Shown piece by piece: positions 27,503-39,648 of a stretch of DNA of 64,000 nt. The notes beneath the pieces are model-generated. The model was given only the letters and a program-made list of their open reading frames with translations, was not told where the DNA came from and did no database searches. The stretch lies in contig OZ241875.1 of NCBI GenBank assembly GCA_965203325.1, positions 352,001 to 416,000 on the forward strand. Direction: 5' to 3'. Source of the stretch: a bacterium. Lineage in GTDB: Bacteria > UBA8248. The stretch's first letter is position 1; the number at the start of each line of letters is the position of its first letter. Made by a program: the position numbers and the translations under genes.

Positions 27503-30052
27503 ATGACAACCGTGCTTTCGTTTCAGGTAGTGCCCAGCATTCCTCCGGAATTGAAGGGTCTCGAGGAAATCGCAGACAACATCGCCTTCGACTGGGACCA
27601 TCGCGCGCGTGCGCTTTTCAGCAGGCTGGACGACGCCCTGTGGCAGGATTGCCACTACAACCCCGCGCAGATGCTGCGCTCCGTCTCTCAGGAGAAGCTC
27701 GATGCGGCGGCGCGCGATGCGCATTTTCTCCGCGATATGGAAAGCGTGCTCAAGGAACTTCACGCATATCTCCACAAACCGTCCTGGTACCAGAACCTGC
27801 CCGAGAGCGAAAAGAACGAGAACCAGCGCATCGCTTATTTCAGCATGGAATTCGGGCTGACGGAATCCGTGCCCAACTACTCGGGCGGCCTGGGCGTCCT
27901 GGCAGGCGACCACATGAAGTCCGCGAGCGACTTGGGGCTCCCTCTCATCGGCGTGGGCCTCGCCTACGGCCAGGGATATTTTCGCCAGCATCTGGGGGCC
28001 GACGGCTGGCAGCAGGAGCGCTACCCGGACAACGATTTTCACCACACACCCTTCCATCTCGAGGAAGATGAGAACGGAGAACCCGTCACAGTGGAAGTCG
28101 ATTACCCGGACGGCCTCCTCACCGCACAGGTCTGGCACGTGCAGGTGGGCCGAAACCCCATCTACCTCCTGGACGCCAACGTGCCCGGAAACGCGCCCTC
28201 GCTGCGCGAAATCACCCTGGCCCTCTACGGCGGGGACATGGAGACGCGGATTCGCCAGGAGATACTGCTCGGCATCGGCGGCGTGAGACTGCTCCACGAG
28301 CTCAACCTCCCGCCTGTCGTCTGCCACATGAACGAGGGGCATTCCGCCTTCCTGGCGCTCGAGAGAATCCGTTATTCGATGGGGAAATTCGGCATCGACC
28401 CCGGCGCGGCCCGGGAACTGACCTCCGCCGGAAACGTTTTCACGACGCACACGCCCGTCCCGGCGGGCATCGACATCTTTCCGCCCGACATGATGGAGAA
28501 ATACTTTCGCGACTATGCGGAATCCCTCTCCATGGAATGGGACGACTTTCTGGGCCTTGGCCGGGTGAATCCCGAGCAGGGGGACGAGCCTTTCAACATG
28601 GCCGTCCTCGCGCTGCGCCTCTCCTCGGCGGCGAACGGCGTCAGCAAGCTGCACGGCGAGGTTTCGCGAAAGATGTGGCAATCCATGTGGCCGGAAGTCC
28701 CCGAGCAGGACATCCCCATCGACTCCATCACGAACGGCGTCCACTTTCCCACCTGGGTATCGCCCGGGATGAAGGAGCTGTTCGACAGGCATCTGGGCGG
28801 CGCCTGGGTGGACGAGACGGACAAACCCGATATCTGGGAGAGAGTCGCCTCCATCCCGGAGAACGAACTCTGGGGCGTCCGGGAGAACAGCCGCGAGCGG
28901 CTCATCAAATTCTGCCGCGCGCACGCGCTGAAGCGGCCGCTGGGAAGCGTCACCCGCCCCAACGTCACCATCCTCCCCGACCCCGGGGCGCTTACGATCG
29001 GCTTTGCGAGACGCTTCGCCACCTACAAGCGCGCCACTCTTTTACTCAAGAGGCCCGAGCGCCTGGTCGCGCTCCTCACGAACGAGCAAAACCCCGTTCA
29101 AATCATATTCGCCGGCAAAGCCCACCCGAGGGACATGGAGGGCAAGAGCTTCATTCGCGAACTCCTCCATTTCGCCCGAAGGGAGAACGTGCGGGACAAG
29201 CTCGTATTCGTGGAGGATTACGACATCCACGTCGGGCGGCAACTCGTGCAGGGGGTGGATTTGTGGCTCAACAACCCCCGCCGCCCGCAGGAAGCGAGCG
29301 GCACCAGCGGCATGAAGGCCGCCGCCAACGGCGCCCTGAACCTGAGCATCATGGACGGCTGGTGGGCGGAAGGGTATGCGAGCCATTTGGGGTGGGCCAT
29401 CGGCGGCCTCGAGACCTACAACGACCCCGGCTACCAGGACGAGATGGAGTGCGAGAGCCTGTTCAACACCCTGGAGCAGGTCGTGGTTCCCCTTTTCTAT
29501 GAACGGGGCGATGCGGGTATTCCATACGGCTGGGTGGAGATGATCAAGAACTCGCTGCAATCCCTCTGCCCCTACTTCAACACGAATCGAATGGTGCGCG
29601 AATACGCCGAAAAATTCTACCTGCCCCTGGGAGCGCACCATGCGCGCCTCATGGCGGACGAGAGAACGCCCGCCAAATCGCTCTCCGAATGGAAAGAGCG
29701 CGTGCGCCGCGCCTGGCCCGGGGTGGAGATCACCCGGATATCGATGGCGCAAAACGGCGTCGTTCCGCTCGGCGCGAAAATGAGGGTCGAGGCGGAGGTG
29801 GCGCTCGGGAACCTCTCCCCCGAAGAAGTCCGGCTCGAGATTTACGAAGGCCCCCTGAAAGAGGAAAGCCTGCTGGCCGGCGAGATCGTCTCTCCCATGC
29901 ACTACTCGGAAGACCTCGGCGGCGGCGCTTACCGTTTTCACGGCGAGATAGAATGCCGCAAACCGGGCATGCACGGCGTGTCGGTGCGCGCGCTGCCCCA
30001 CCACCGGCATCTCATCCATCCGCTCAGCCTGCACCTCTTGACCTGGGGCTAG
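27503..30052 (+). CDS. glgP: Alpha-glucan (glycogen/starch) phosphorylase
   Basis: AYFSMEFG, YSGGLGVLAGD, ARRFATYKR, EASGTSGMK. Confidence 0.96.
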   Translation: MTTVLSFQVVPSIPPELKGLEEIADNIAFDWDHRARALFSRLDDALWQDCHYNPAQMLRSVSQEKLDAAARDAHFLRDMESVLKELHAYLHKPSWYQNLPESEKNENQRIAYFSMEFGLTESVPNYSGGLGVLAGDHMKSASDLGLPLIGVGLAYGQGYFRQHLGADGWQQERYPDNDFHHTPFHLEEDENGEPVTVEVDYPDGLLTAQVWHVQVGRNPIYLLDANVPGNAPSLREITLALYGGDMETRIRQEILLGIGGVRLLHELNLPPVVCHMNEGHSAFLALERIRYSMGKFGIDPGAARELTSAGNVFTTHTPVPAGIDIFPPDMMEKYFRDYAESLSMEWDDFLGLGRVNPEQGDEPFNMAVLALRLSSAANGVSKLHGEVSRKMWQSMWPEVPEQDIPIDSITNGVHFPTWVSPGMKELFDRHLGGAWVDETDKPDIWERVASIPENELWGVRENSRERLIKFCRAHALKRPLGSVTRPNVTILPDPGALTIGFARRFATYKRATLLLKRPERLVALLTNEQNPVQIIFAGKAHPRDMEGKSFIRELLHFARRENVRDKLVFVEDYDIHVGRQLVQGVDLWLNNPRRPQEASGTSGMKAAANGALNLSIMDGWWAEGYASHLGWAIGGLETYNDPGYQDEMECESLFNTLEQVVVPLFYERGDAGIPYGWVEMIKNSLQSLCPYFNTNRMVREYAEKFYLPLGAHHARLMADERTPAKSLSEWKERVRRAWPGVEITRISMAQNGVVPLGAKMRVEAEVALGNLSPEEVRLEIYEGPLKEESLLAGEIVSPMHYSEDLGGGAYRFHGEIECRKPGMHGVSVRALPHHRHLIHPLSLHLLTWG

Positions 30053-30148
30053 CCCCGGCGCGCCCGAAAGCGTATTTCAGGTTTTTCCCCGCTCCTGATA
30101 GACTGTTCGTGATGCAGGAAGATCCGCAGGCTCGGAGGAAAATACTTC

Positions 30149-30463
30149 ATGGACGACAAAAAATCATTCATCGTCGAAATCGGCCAGGGGGGAAGAGTCC
30201 GCCTCCCCAAGGATGTCATGAAATCCCTGGGCGCCGGGCCCGGGAATCAGATCCGTTTCGAGATCGGGGATGATTCCGTGCGGATTCTGCGGCACCACAT
30301 CAAAGACCCGTTCGCCGAAGCGGCCCAAAAGAAGACGCCCGACATCCAGGATTTGATGAGTCAACAGGCGGCCAGAAGAAAAGAGGCGGCCGACCTCTTC
30401 GAGAAGGGGATGCAGGAAAAACACGAAATCAGACCCGAAGACCGGGAGGATTTCTGGCGATAG
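30149..30463 (+). CDS. AbrB/MazE/SpoVT-type DNA-binding protein
   Basis: IGQGGRVRLPKDVMKSLG..PG..IRF swapped-hairpin pattern with an acidic C-terminal tail. Confidence 0.75.
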   Translation: MDDKKSFIVEIGQGGRVRLPKDVMKSLGAGPGNQIRFEIGDDSVRILRHHIKDPFAEAAQKKTPDIQDLMSQQAARRKEAADLFEKGMQEKHEIRPEDREDFWR

Positions 30464-30502
30464 CGGCGAAAAGCAGGTAAAGCAACACCGCTGCGGAACC
30501 CT

Positions 30503-32401
30503 CTACAAATTGAACCCTTCCTCGAAGCGGATGTTGGCCGCCTGCCTGAGTTTTTCCAGATACTGATTGAAGACCATCGCCCTTTTCAGGCGAAGCAGGC
30601 CCTGGCGGAAATCGGCTTTTTCGGACTCGAACTTCTCCATGTCGGTCTGCGGCTTTTCCAACACCTCGAACAAAACCACGTCGCTACCGGATTGGGCCAT
30701 TCCGAACTCGCCCTGCTTGAGGTCAAACGCGAGGTTCGACAACTCCGGGGAGCGCCCGAGTTCGTCGGGAACGTCCGCACGCTTGAAGGCTTCGGGCTTG
30801 AGGACTTCGAGGCTGAGTTCCCCGGCGATAGATGCAAGGCCGCGTTTTTTATCCTTGAGCTCCTGAAGCCAAAGCGCCGCTTTTCGTTTCGCAACCTCCG
30901 CACCCTTCAAGCGCAGGAACGAAGCCTCCACCTGTTTGCGCACCGCCGGGAACTCGGGAACGAAAGGCTCCCTTTTCGCTTCGAGGCGGACGAAGTTGAC
31001 GCCCTCCGCCCCTTCCCGCTCCCTGGATATCTTCTCCTCGCCGCTCAGACCGAAGGCAAGCTCGCTCACCACGCCGGAGGCAGGCACCGTTTGCGAAAGG
31101 CGGCCTCTCTCGAAGAACCCGGTTCTCCCCTTTTGCAGTCCGGCGAGGGCAGGCTCCGCCTTCTTGTCCTCCACCGCGTAGCGGATTTTTCTCAATTCAT
31201 TCTTCGCCCGCTCTCTGGCGCGCAAGGCCCGCAAATCCTTTTCCACCTGTTCTCTAACTTCTTCGAACGGCTTCGCGCCGGGCAAGACCTTATCCCGCAC
31301 CCACAGCAGGTGCATCCCGAAAGAAGTCTTCACCGGCTCGCTCACCTCGCCTTTCTTCAGGCGATACGCCACCTGCTCCAGTTCGGGCAGCATCTGGCCC
31401 CTGCCGAAAACGCCGAGGTCGCCCCCGCGCTCCGCCCCCGGACCTTCCGAGTGCGCCTTGGCCAGTTCGGTGAATTTCTCGCCCTTCAAGACGCGCTCGC
31501 GCAGCGCATCGAGACGCTTCCGGGCCGCATCCACCTGCTCTTTTTTCGCGTTGGGAGAAAGTTTCACCAGAATCTGATTGACCGACACGCTCTCCTTGCG
31601 CTCATGTTTCGCGCGGGTGCGCGTGTAGTGCGACCTCAAGTCCGCATCGCTGAGTTCGACCTCTTTCGCCACTGCGGAAAACGGGAGATGCCACCAGGAT
31701 ACCTGCCGCTGGGGGCCGGTCTTGAATTGTTCCTTATTCTTATCGTAATGGGCTTTCAGGTCGGTTTCGAGTTTCGGCACATCCGCGGAGAAGGCCTCCG
31801 GCTTCAGGTGAACGGCGGCCAGTTTGATTTCCTCGTTTCTCCACTCATAAGCACCCCGCGTTTCCTGCTCGCTCACCAGCACGCCCATGCCCACGTAGTC
31901 GCGAAGCTGGCCGAGCAGAACGACCCGCCGCTGATCCTCCTCGAACTGGCGGGGGGTGATGCCGTTCGACTCCAGGATGCTGCGATATCGCCCGGCGTCG
32001 AATCTCCCGTCTCTCTGAAACGGCGCGAGCGTCTGTATCTGGAGGGCGACTTGCGCGTCGGTGACCAGGATGCCGAGCCGCCGGGCTTCGCGCAGTTGAA
32101 GTTTCTCCAGTATGAGAGAATCGAGCGTCTGGCGCCTCAGGCCGAGCTGGCGTGCGAGTTCTTCGGTATAGGCGGCGCCCAGTTGCCGCCTGAGCCTTTC
32201 CGCCTGCTGATAGTAGCGTTGCTCGAACTCATGTATCGAAATGGGCGTATCGCCCACCCAGGCCGCAATCCGGCCGCCCCCGGAATCGGCCGGCCTGTCC
32301 GTGAGCGCAAATCCGCCGAAAGACACGAACGTGAGCGCTACGAAGCCGAGCAGCGCCTTGAGGACCCAGCTTTTCCCCTTTTCCCTCAAAAAGCGAAGCA
32401 T
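30503..32401 (-). CDS. ppiD: PpiD/SurA-family membrane-anchored parvulin chaperone
   Basis: MLRFLR N-terminal TM, SurA_N region, parvulin FTELAKAHSEG...GGDLG...SEPVKTSFGMH. Confidence 0.88.
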   Translation of the reverse strand: MLRFLREKGKSWVLKALLGFVALTFVSFGGFALTDRPADSGGGRIAAWVGDTPISIHEFEQRYYQQAERLRRQLGAAYTEELARQLGLRRQTLDSLILEKLQLREARRLGILVTDAQVALQIQTLAPFQRDGRFDAGRYRSILESNGITPRQFEEDQRRVVLLGQLRDYVGMGVLVSEQETRGAYEWRNEEIKLAAVHLKPEAFSADVPKLETDLKAHYDKNKEQFKTGPQRQVSWWHLPFSAVAKEVELSDADLRSHYTRTRAKHERKESVSVNQILVKLSPNAKKEQVDAARKRLDALRERVLKGEKFTELAKAHSEGPGAERGGDLGVFGRGQMLPELEQVAYRLKKGEVSEPVKTSFGMHLLWVRDKVLPGAKPFEEVREQVEKDLRALRARERAKNELRKIRYAVEDKKAEPALAGLQKGRTGFFERGRLSQTVPASGVVSELAFGLSGEEKISREREGAEGVNFVRLEAKREPFVPEFPAVRKQVEASFLRLKGAEVAKRKAALWLQELKDKKRGLASIAGELSLEVLKPEAFKRADVPDELGRSPELSNLAFDLKQGEFGMAQSGSDVVLFEVLEKPQTDMEKFESEKADFRQGLLRLKRAMVFNQYLEKLRQAANIRFEEGFNL

Positions 32402-32645
32402 CAATGTGGCTCTCCTTCCAAATCGACCGACCATGGGGTCGTCCGCGATTGCAGCGGCAAACCAATGAGAAAATAGCCCACCTCTCGCGTCATCGCAAAC
32501 CGGATGAGGCGATTTTTGCGGCCCCCGCCCGCAACCCAACGGAATTTTCCTCGAATGGAGGCGCCTCCACCCTTGAAATTGGTGCTTTCCTTGATTTTTC
32601 TCACCTGGAGTGTAATCATAATGCGGAATACCGCCCAGGGTATGA

Positions 32646-33704
<1,059 letters not shown>

Positions 33705-33785
33705 CCGATATACTTCAACACAGTTGCGAACACTGCCCACAATAGCGCTAGCGCGCGCATTTCTGGAAGCAAACCCTAGAATACT

Positions 33786-34619
33786 ATGTTTCAGTTTCTC
33801 GTCGAACGCAGAAGTTTAGCCCTCCTCATCGGGTTGTTTGTCGTCTGCTTCTCGCTTATGACGCTCAGTGTACGCTTTCGAGGCCAATCCACCTTGATGG
33901 AAAGAGCGCTTCTCTCCCTCGTCGGTTCGGCCATCCGGGTCGCCGAGATACCCAGGAAATGGTCGACCGATCTCTGGAAACAATACCAACTCATCAGGAA
34001 TGCACATGAAGAAAACATCGCGTTGAAGCGAAAACTGCAAACGCTCACTGCGAATCATGCGCAGATACAGGAATTGAAACTGGAAATCGCGCGCCTCGAG
34101 AAACTACTCGGGGCATCACAGAATCTGGAGGCGCCCGTTCGGCTCGCCCGGATTGTGGCTCGCAACAAGAGCATTTACGGGGAATCCTTCCTGCTGGACC
34201 TCGGGTCACGAGACGGCGTGTACAAGAACATGCCGGTCATGCACCAGGCGGGACTCGTGGGAAGAATTTCTCGCGTGGGGAACAATGTGAGCCAGGTTTT
34301 GGCCCTGCTCGATTCGAGAAGCGCCGTCAACGTCATCGCCCAGCGCGCGCGCGCGCAAGGGGTCTTCGCCATTTCCTCGGAAGGAGAAAGCGAGGTGCGC
34401 TATATGCCGCTCCACGTGGAAATGAAGCCCGGAGACCTCCTCATTTCCTCCGGGTTGGGGGGAATCTTCCCGAAAGGACTCCCCGTCGCCCATATAACGG
34501 CAATCACGGACGTCAGGGGATTGTTCCCGAAAATAAAGGCCAAGGCGATCGTGGATTTTTCAAATTTGGAAGAGGTCATGATCCTGATGACCAAGCCTAA
34601 GGACAATCCCTGGAAATGA
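33786..34619 (+). CDS. mreC: Rod shape-determining protein MreC
   Basis: N-terminal TM, coiled coil, SSGLGGIFPKGLPV; follows mreB. Confidence 0.95.
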   Translation: MFQFLVERRSLALLIGLFVVCFSLMTLSVRFRGQSTLMERALLSLVGSAIRVAEIPRKWSTDLWKQYQLIRNAHEENIALKRKLQTLTANHAQIQELKLEIARLEKLLGASQNLEAPVRLARIVARNKSIYGESFLLDLGSRDGVYKNMPVMHQAGLVGRISRVGNNVSQVLALLDSRSAVNVIAQRARAQGVFAISSEGESEVRYMPLHVEMKPGDLLISSGLGGIFPKGLPVAHITAITDVRGLFPKIKAKAIVDFSNLEEVMILMTKPKDNPWK

Positions 34620-35137
34620 TTGTTTTATTTTATATTATTCTCACCGTCCTGACAATCGTCCTGCATACGTCGGTGGCGGATTATTTCTCAATCTGGCTTG
34701 ACGCCAGACCAGACGCCATTCTTCTTGCGACCGTTTTCCTGGGTCTGCATCGTGAGAGGGAGACGGGACTCATCGGAGGATTCAGCCTTGGAATCATTGA
34801 AGACGTCCTCTCCGGAGGCTTGCTGGGTTTCAACGCGCTCCTCAAAGGGCTGATTGGTCATTATACCGGCGGCCTGAAACCCAGCATGACGTCGCGCTTC
34901 ATCGCGTTTCACTGCACTGTTGTGCTTTTCGCTTCGCTATTCAACATTCTGTTCTCTTTTCTTCTGGTAAAAATCTTTCTGCCCTCTCAATTTTTGACAG
35001 TCGGTTATTGGATAGACGCCATCAAGACGGCAGGTCTTAACGTCGCTTTGGCGCCATTCGTCATCAGCCTTCTGGGAAAGATCGAGGAAAAGGTGCTACC
35101 ATCCGAAGCGGACACGCCATATCCGGAGCGATCCTGA
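34616..35137 (+). CDS. mreD: Rod shape-determining protein MreD
   Basis: Hydrophobic, PD..L, G..GF..G..ED..SG; follows mreC. Confidence 0.9.
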   Translation: MIVLFYIILTVLTIVLHTSVADYFSIWLDARPDAILLATVFLGLHRERETGLIGGFSLGIIEDVLSGGLLGFNALLKGLIGHYTGGLKPSMTSRFIAFHCTVVLFASLFNILFSFLLVKIFLPSQFLTVGYWIDAIKTAGLNVALAPFVISLLGKIEEKVLPSEADTPYPERS

Positions 35138-35138
35138 G

Positions 35139-37040
35139 ATGAAAGATTTGCAACTCAATTCCAACCGCACGACGAGCGATGCGCTCAAGCGCCGTGTCGT
35201 CATTCTTGGGATCTTTTTCGGCCTCATTCTTCTCGGCCTGTTCATCAGACTCTGGAACCTTCAGGTGATCCAGGGCGAAAAATTTCGAACCCTCTCAGAA
35301 GACAACCGGATCGCTTACCGACTCGTGCAAAGCCCGAGGGGCATGGTGTTCGACTCGCAAGGAGAACTGCTTGCGGACAACCGCGCCTCGTTCAACATTT
35401 ACCTGATCCGCGAAAATGTGAAAAAACTGCAACAGACCATTCGGCTGCTGGCTGAAATCACGGAACAACCTTTTGAGGAACTCTACAGAAGAACACGGGA
35501 TGCGAACCCCTTCCGGCCATTTCTGATCAAGGCCGACATCAGCCGTAAAACCATGGCCTTTCTCGAGGAGCACAAGCCCGATTATCCGGGCGTATTCGTT
35601 CAAGTGACGCCGCTCAGGCAATACCCCTCAAGTGAGGAGGCAAGCCACCTTCTGGGCTATATGGGAGAGATCAGCAACCGTCAGTTGCAACGGCTGAAGA
35701 AACGAAACTACCGGCAGGGGGATATGCTCGGTCAATACGGAGTAGAGAGAACCCAGGAAAAATTTCTGCGTGGGCAAAGCGGCTTCAAGCAAGTGGAGGT
35801 AGACGCCTACGGAAGAGAACTGCGCGTCGTCCGCCCGTTTGTGGAAAAACCCGGGAACAACGTCTATCTGACGATTGATATGGAGCTTCAGAAAAAAGCG
35901 GAGGAGTTGTTCGAAGCGCATGAGGGGAGCATCGTCATTCTCGACCCCTCGGACGGTGCGATTCTGGCCATGGTGAGCAAGCCGTCTTTCAATCCGAACA
36001 TCTTCGCCAGCGGCATCGACGCCAAAAGCTGGAAAGGCCTCATGAAAGACCCGTTGAAACCACTCGAGAACCGGGCGATTCGCGGGCAATACCCCCCCGG
36101 TTCGATTTTCAAAATCGTAATGGGCTTTGCGATCCTGAACGAGAAAATCGCGCGTTCGGACAAAAAAATACGCTGCCACGGCTCGTTTCCATTCGGGAAA
36201 AAAATATTTCGCGACTGGAAAAAAGGAGGGCACGGACCGATAGACTTCATCCAGTCCATAGCCCAAAGTTGCGACGTCTACTACTACACGAACGGCCACA
36301 AGCTGGGCATCAAGAGAATCGCGCATTACGCGCGCATGTTCGGCCTGGGTTCACCCACCGGGTTCGGAGCCGCCGAAAAAGGGGGGGTCGTGCCCTCGGA
36401 TGCCTGGAAGCGCCGCAGATTCAAGGAAAGATGGTATGAAGGCGAGACGATCAGCGTATCCATCGGCCAGGGCTTTAATCTCGTCACTCCCATGCAGGCC
36501 GCCAACCTCATCGCCACCGTGGCGAACGGCGGACATCTGTGGAAACCCTACGTCGTGAAAAAAGTGCTGAGTCCCCGCGGAAAGACACTCTTCGAGTCCA
36601 GACCCCGACTCATTCGCAAAATTCCCATATCTCCAAAAATTTTCCTGAAAGTTCGAGAAGCGCTCAAAGAAGTCGTTCATGGCGAAAAGGGCACTGCGAA
36701 AAAAGCCCGGATGCCGGATATCGTTGTGGCGGGAAAGACGGGCACCGCCCAGACAGTCGACCTGAAATATACGGGCCGCAAGAAAAAACCCGAAGATTTG
36801 CCTCGAAAATTCAGGGACCATAGCTGGTTCGTCGCATTCGCCCCCTACGAAAATCCAACTATCGCTATCGCCATTCTGGGAGAAAACGCCGGCAGGCCAG
36901 GGTCTTTCTTCGCCCCATACGCGAGAGAGTTGATTTCATTTTATCTCGAGAAAAACGAGCGGCAAATTCTGGCTTCGAGCGAAACCCCTGAAGATAAACG
37001 GCTCTCCGCGAACAACCGGGCTCCGGGAAATCGCAGATGA
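35139..37040 (+). CDS. mrdA: Penicillin-binding protein 2
   Basis: PPGSIFK (SxxK), SCD (SxD/N), KTGT. Confidence 0.96.
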   Translation: MKDLQLNSNRTTSDALKRRVVILGIFFGLILLGLFIRLWNLQVIQGEKFRTLSEDNRIAYRLVQSPRGMVFDSQGELLADNRASFNIYLIRENVKKLQQTIRLLAEITEQPFEELYRRTRDANPFRPFLIKADISRKTMAFLEEHKPDYPGVFVQVTPLRQYPSSEEASHLLGYMGEISNRQLQRLKKRNYRQGDMLGQYGVERTQEKFLRGQSGFKQVEVDAYGRELRVVRPFVEKPGNNVYLTIDMELQKKAEELFEAHEGSIVILDPSDGAILAMVSKPSFNPNIFASGIDAKSWKGLMKDPLKPLENRAIRGQYPPGSIFKIVMGFAILNEKIARSDKKIRCHGSFPFGKKIFRDWKKGGHGPIDFIQSIAQSCDVYYYTNGHKLGIKRIAHYARMFGLGSPTGFGAAEKGGVVPSDAWKRRRFKERWYEGETISVSIGQGFNLVTPMQAANLIATVANGGHLWKPYVVKKVLSPRGKTLFESRPRLIRKIPISPKIFLKVREALKEVVHGEKGTAKKARMPDIVVAGKTGTAQTVDLKYTGRKKKPEDLPRKFRDHSWFVAFAPYENPTIAIAILGENAGRPGSFFAPYARELISFYLEKNERQILASSETPEDKRLSANNRAPGNRR

Positions 37041-38178
37041 CGGGCATCGCTGCTTCTCGATCTTCCCCCTTCCGGCGAGCCGTCTCGCAGATGGACTGGC
37101 TGCTCGTTCTGGCCACGATATTGCTCAGCTTGACGGGCATCTATATGATCTACAGCGCCATTCATTCCAACCCCGTTCTCCTGAAAAATTCCCTGCACCT
37201 CAGACAAGCGCTGTGGTCATCCATTGGATTATGCGTACTGCTCTCCATCCTCTTTTTCGACTACCACTTCTTTGCACGATGGGCCTATTTCTTTTACGCC
37301 CTCGTCATCGTTCTGCTCATCGCCGTCCTCTTCACAGGACAAGTGGTCGGCGGCTCGAAACGCTGGCTGGTTTTCGGCCCCTTGCGACTGCAACCCTCCG
37401 AGCTTGCGCGTCTGGCGGTCATCCTCGTGCTGGCCAGATATTTCGGCTCCCGCGAAGAAGAAGAGCCCATGGGCTTCAAGGAACTCATTCCGGCACTTTT
37501 GCTGGTGCTCGCGCCCGTGCTGCTGATTGTCCGACAACCCGATTTGGGCACCGGTCTCACGGTTTTCCTGATAGCGGGAGTCATGGCTCTCGCCGTTGGC
37601 GTCAAGCGAAGAGTCCTCATCACCATCGGAACCGCGGCGGTCGCGTGCGCCCCCCTGGGCTGGTTGTTTCTCAAGGAATATCAACGCCGCCGAATTTGAC
37701 GCTTTTCAACCCCGACGCCGACCCCCTCGGCGCTGGCTACCAGAGCATGCAAAGCATCATCGCCGTCGGCAGCGGAGAAATATGGGGCAAAGGACTTCTC
37801 CAGGGAACCCAGAGCAGGCTCCATTTCCTGCCGGAGAAACACACCGATTTCATTTTCTCCGTCCTGAGTGAAGAACTGGGTTTTATCGGCAGCATCACCG
37901 TATTGGCGTTGTTCTTCATTTTCATTCTGCGGTGCCTGAGCACAGCGCTGAACGCCGCCGACAAGGAAGGCGCCCTGCTCGCCGTAGGCATTACCACGGC
38001 GTTTTTCCTCTACGTCATTTTCAACATCGGGATGACGCTCGGTTTGATGCCCATCGTCGGAATCCCGCTTCCCCTGGTCAGCTACGGGGGGAGCGCCTCT
38101 ATTTCTTCTTTCATCGCCATCGGCCTGGTCTTGAACGTCGGCGTGAGGAGGAAAAGCCTCTCCTCCATGTTCAGCTAA
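37037..38178 (+). pseudogene. rodA: RodA SEDS glycosyltransferase split by a 1-nt frameshift near 37695
   Basis: N-half (LQPSE, QPDLGT) stops at 37699. The C-half (DPLGAGYQ, FLPEKHTDFIF, PLVSYGGS) is in another frame. One extra T restores RRILTLFNP. Confidence 0.9.
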
Positions 38179-38184
38179 CCTCCC

Positions 38185-39648
38185 CTATTCCCCGTATTCC
38201 CTCTCTCCCGGGGGCGGAGACGCGAAACTGTTCCCGATTGCGATGACGGCGTCGCGACCGCCGTGCCGCTCGACCAGCGCCGCCTGCTCCGCTTTTGCGC
38301 GCCTGTCCACCTCATCGGGGTCGAGGATATCGAAAAGCCGCGCTTTCAGGTCGGTGAGAACTGCCTGATGGGCAGGGCTTCGGGAGAGGTCGCGGCGTTC
38401 TTCGGGGTCGCTCTCCAGATCGAAGAGTTCGGGTTTGTGTCCCGCGTAGTGGATATACTTGTAGCGTCCGCGGCGAATCATGAACAACCCCGTCTTGGCG
38501 CCGAGCGCGTGGAATTCACTGAAAATCTCGCGCTCGGGCTCATCGGGCTCGTTCGCGATGCGGAACAGGGAGTCGCCATGCAGCCGCACTTCCTCATCGC
38601 TTTCAAGCAAACCCGCGCAATCGAGCGCCGTGGGATACAGGTCGATGAGTGAGACCGGTGTTCGCGATACCTTGCCCCCCGGAAGGTCGGGGCCGGAGAC
38701 GATGAGAGGCACGGCGACGGACTCTTCATACATCGTGGATTTTCCCCAAAGGCCGCGCTCGCCCAGGTTGTCTCCATGATCGCTGGCGAAGAGCACCCTC
38801 GTATTGTCCCTGAAACCCGATTCCTCCAGGGTTTTCAGGATTTTTCCGACGTTCGAATCCACAAAGCTGACCATGGCGAAATATGACGCGAGAGCGACCC
38901 GCCGCTTGTGGTCGTCAAAATAATCGTCGTACGGAGCACATTCGTGAAGCGCCCCAATCCAGGGATGCCAGTCGTAACCGCCCGAGGGGTGCGGCCTGGG
39001 CAGGGGTATGTCTTCGAGCGGGTAGAGGTCGTAAAACTCGGGCGGCCCGATGAAGGGAAAATGCGGGCATGTGAGGGAGACGAACAACGCCCACGGCCGC
39101 TCACCATCTTCAGCCGCTTGCCCGGCTATCCATTCACAGGCCAAATCGGTGACTTGCCCGTCATAGGCGATGTACTTGGAGTCTCCCGGCCCGATGCGCT
39201 CGGCCATCCACTCCGGATTGTTCCTGGGAGGCAGGCCCTTCTCGTCGCGTACCGCGCTGTGGATATCGCCCACTCCCCCTTTGGGCAGATGCAGGGGGAT
39301 GAGCTGTTCGTCGAAGCCGACGGGAACCTCGGCGTTTCGGTAATGGAGCTTGCCGACCGAGGCGGTTCTCACCCCGGCGTCCTGAAGCCGGTGGCCCCAA
39401 CTCGGGGGTTCTCCCTCGTAGGGGTGGGCATTGTCCCAGGCGCTGATTTCATGCACGTACCTGCCTGTGGCGAAACTCGCACGGGCCGGTACGCAGATAG
39501 GGCAGTTCGTATATGCGCTCTCGAAGCGCGTGCCCGAAGCAGCGAGCGCATCGATGTTCGGCGTCTTGACGATTGGATGCCCATAGCACCCCATGATCTT
39601 CCGGGTGTGCTCATCGTCCATCAAGAGCAAGAAATTCATCGGTTCCAT
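38185..39648 (-). CDS. Sulfatase (formylglycine type, choline-sulfatase-like)
   Basis: NFLLLMDDEH, CVPARAS (CxPxR), GKLH, SDHG, GLWGKSTMYE. Confidence 0.92.
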   Translation of the reverse strand: MEPMNFLLLMDDEHTRKIMGCYGHPIVKTPNIDALAASGTRFESAYTNCPICVPARASFATGRYVHEISAWDNAHPYEGEPPSWGHRLQDAGVRTASVGKLHYRNAEVPVGFDEQLIPLHLPKGGVGDIHSAVRDEKGLPPRNNPEWMAERIGPGDSKYIAYDGQVTDLACEWIAGQAAEDGERPWALFVSLTCPHFPFIGPPEFYDLYPLEDIPLPRPHPSGGYDWHPWIGALHECAPYDDYFDDHKRRVALASYFAMVSFVDSNVGKILKTLEESGFRDNTRVLFASDHGDNLGERGLWGKSTMYEESVAVPLIVSGPDLPGGKVSRTPVSLIDLYPTALDCAGLLESDEEVRLHGDSLFRIANEPDEPEREIFSEFHALGAKTGLFMIRRGRYKYIHYAGHKPELFDLESDPEERRDLSRSPAHQAVLTDLKARLFDILDPDEVDRRAKAEQAALVERHGGRDAVIAIGNSFASPPPGEREYGE

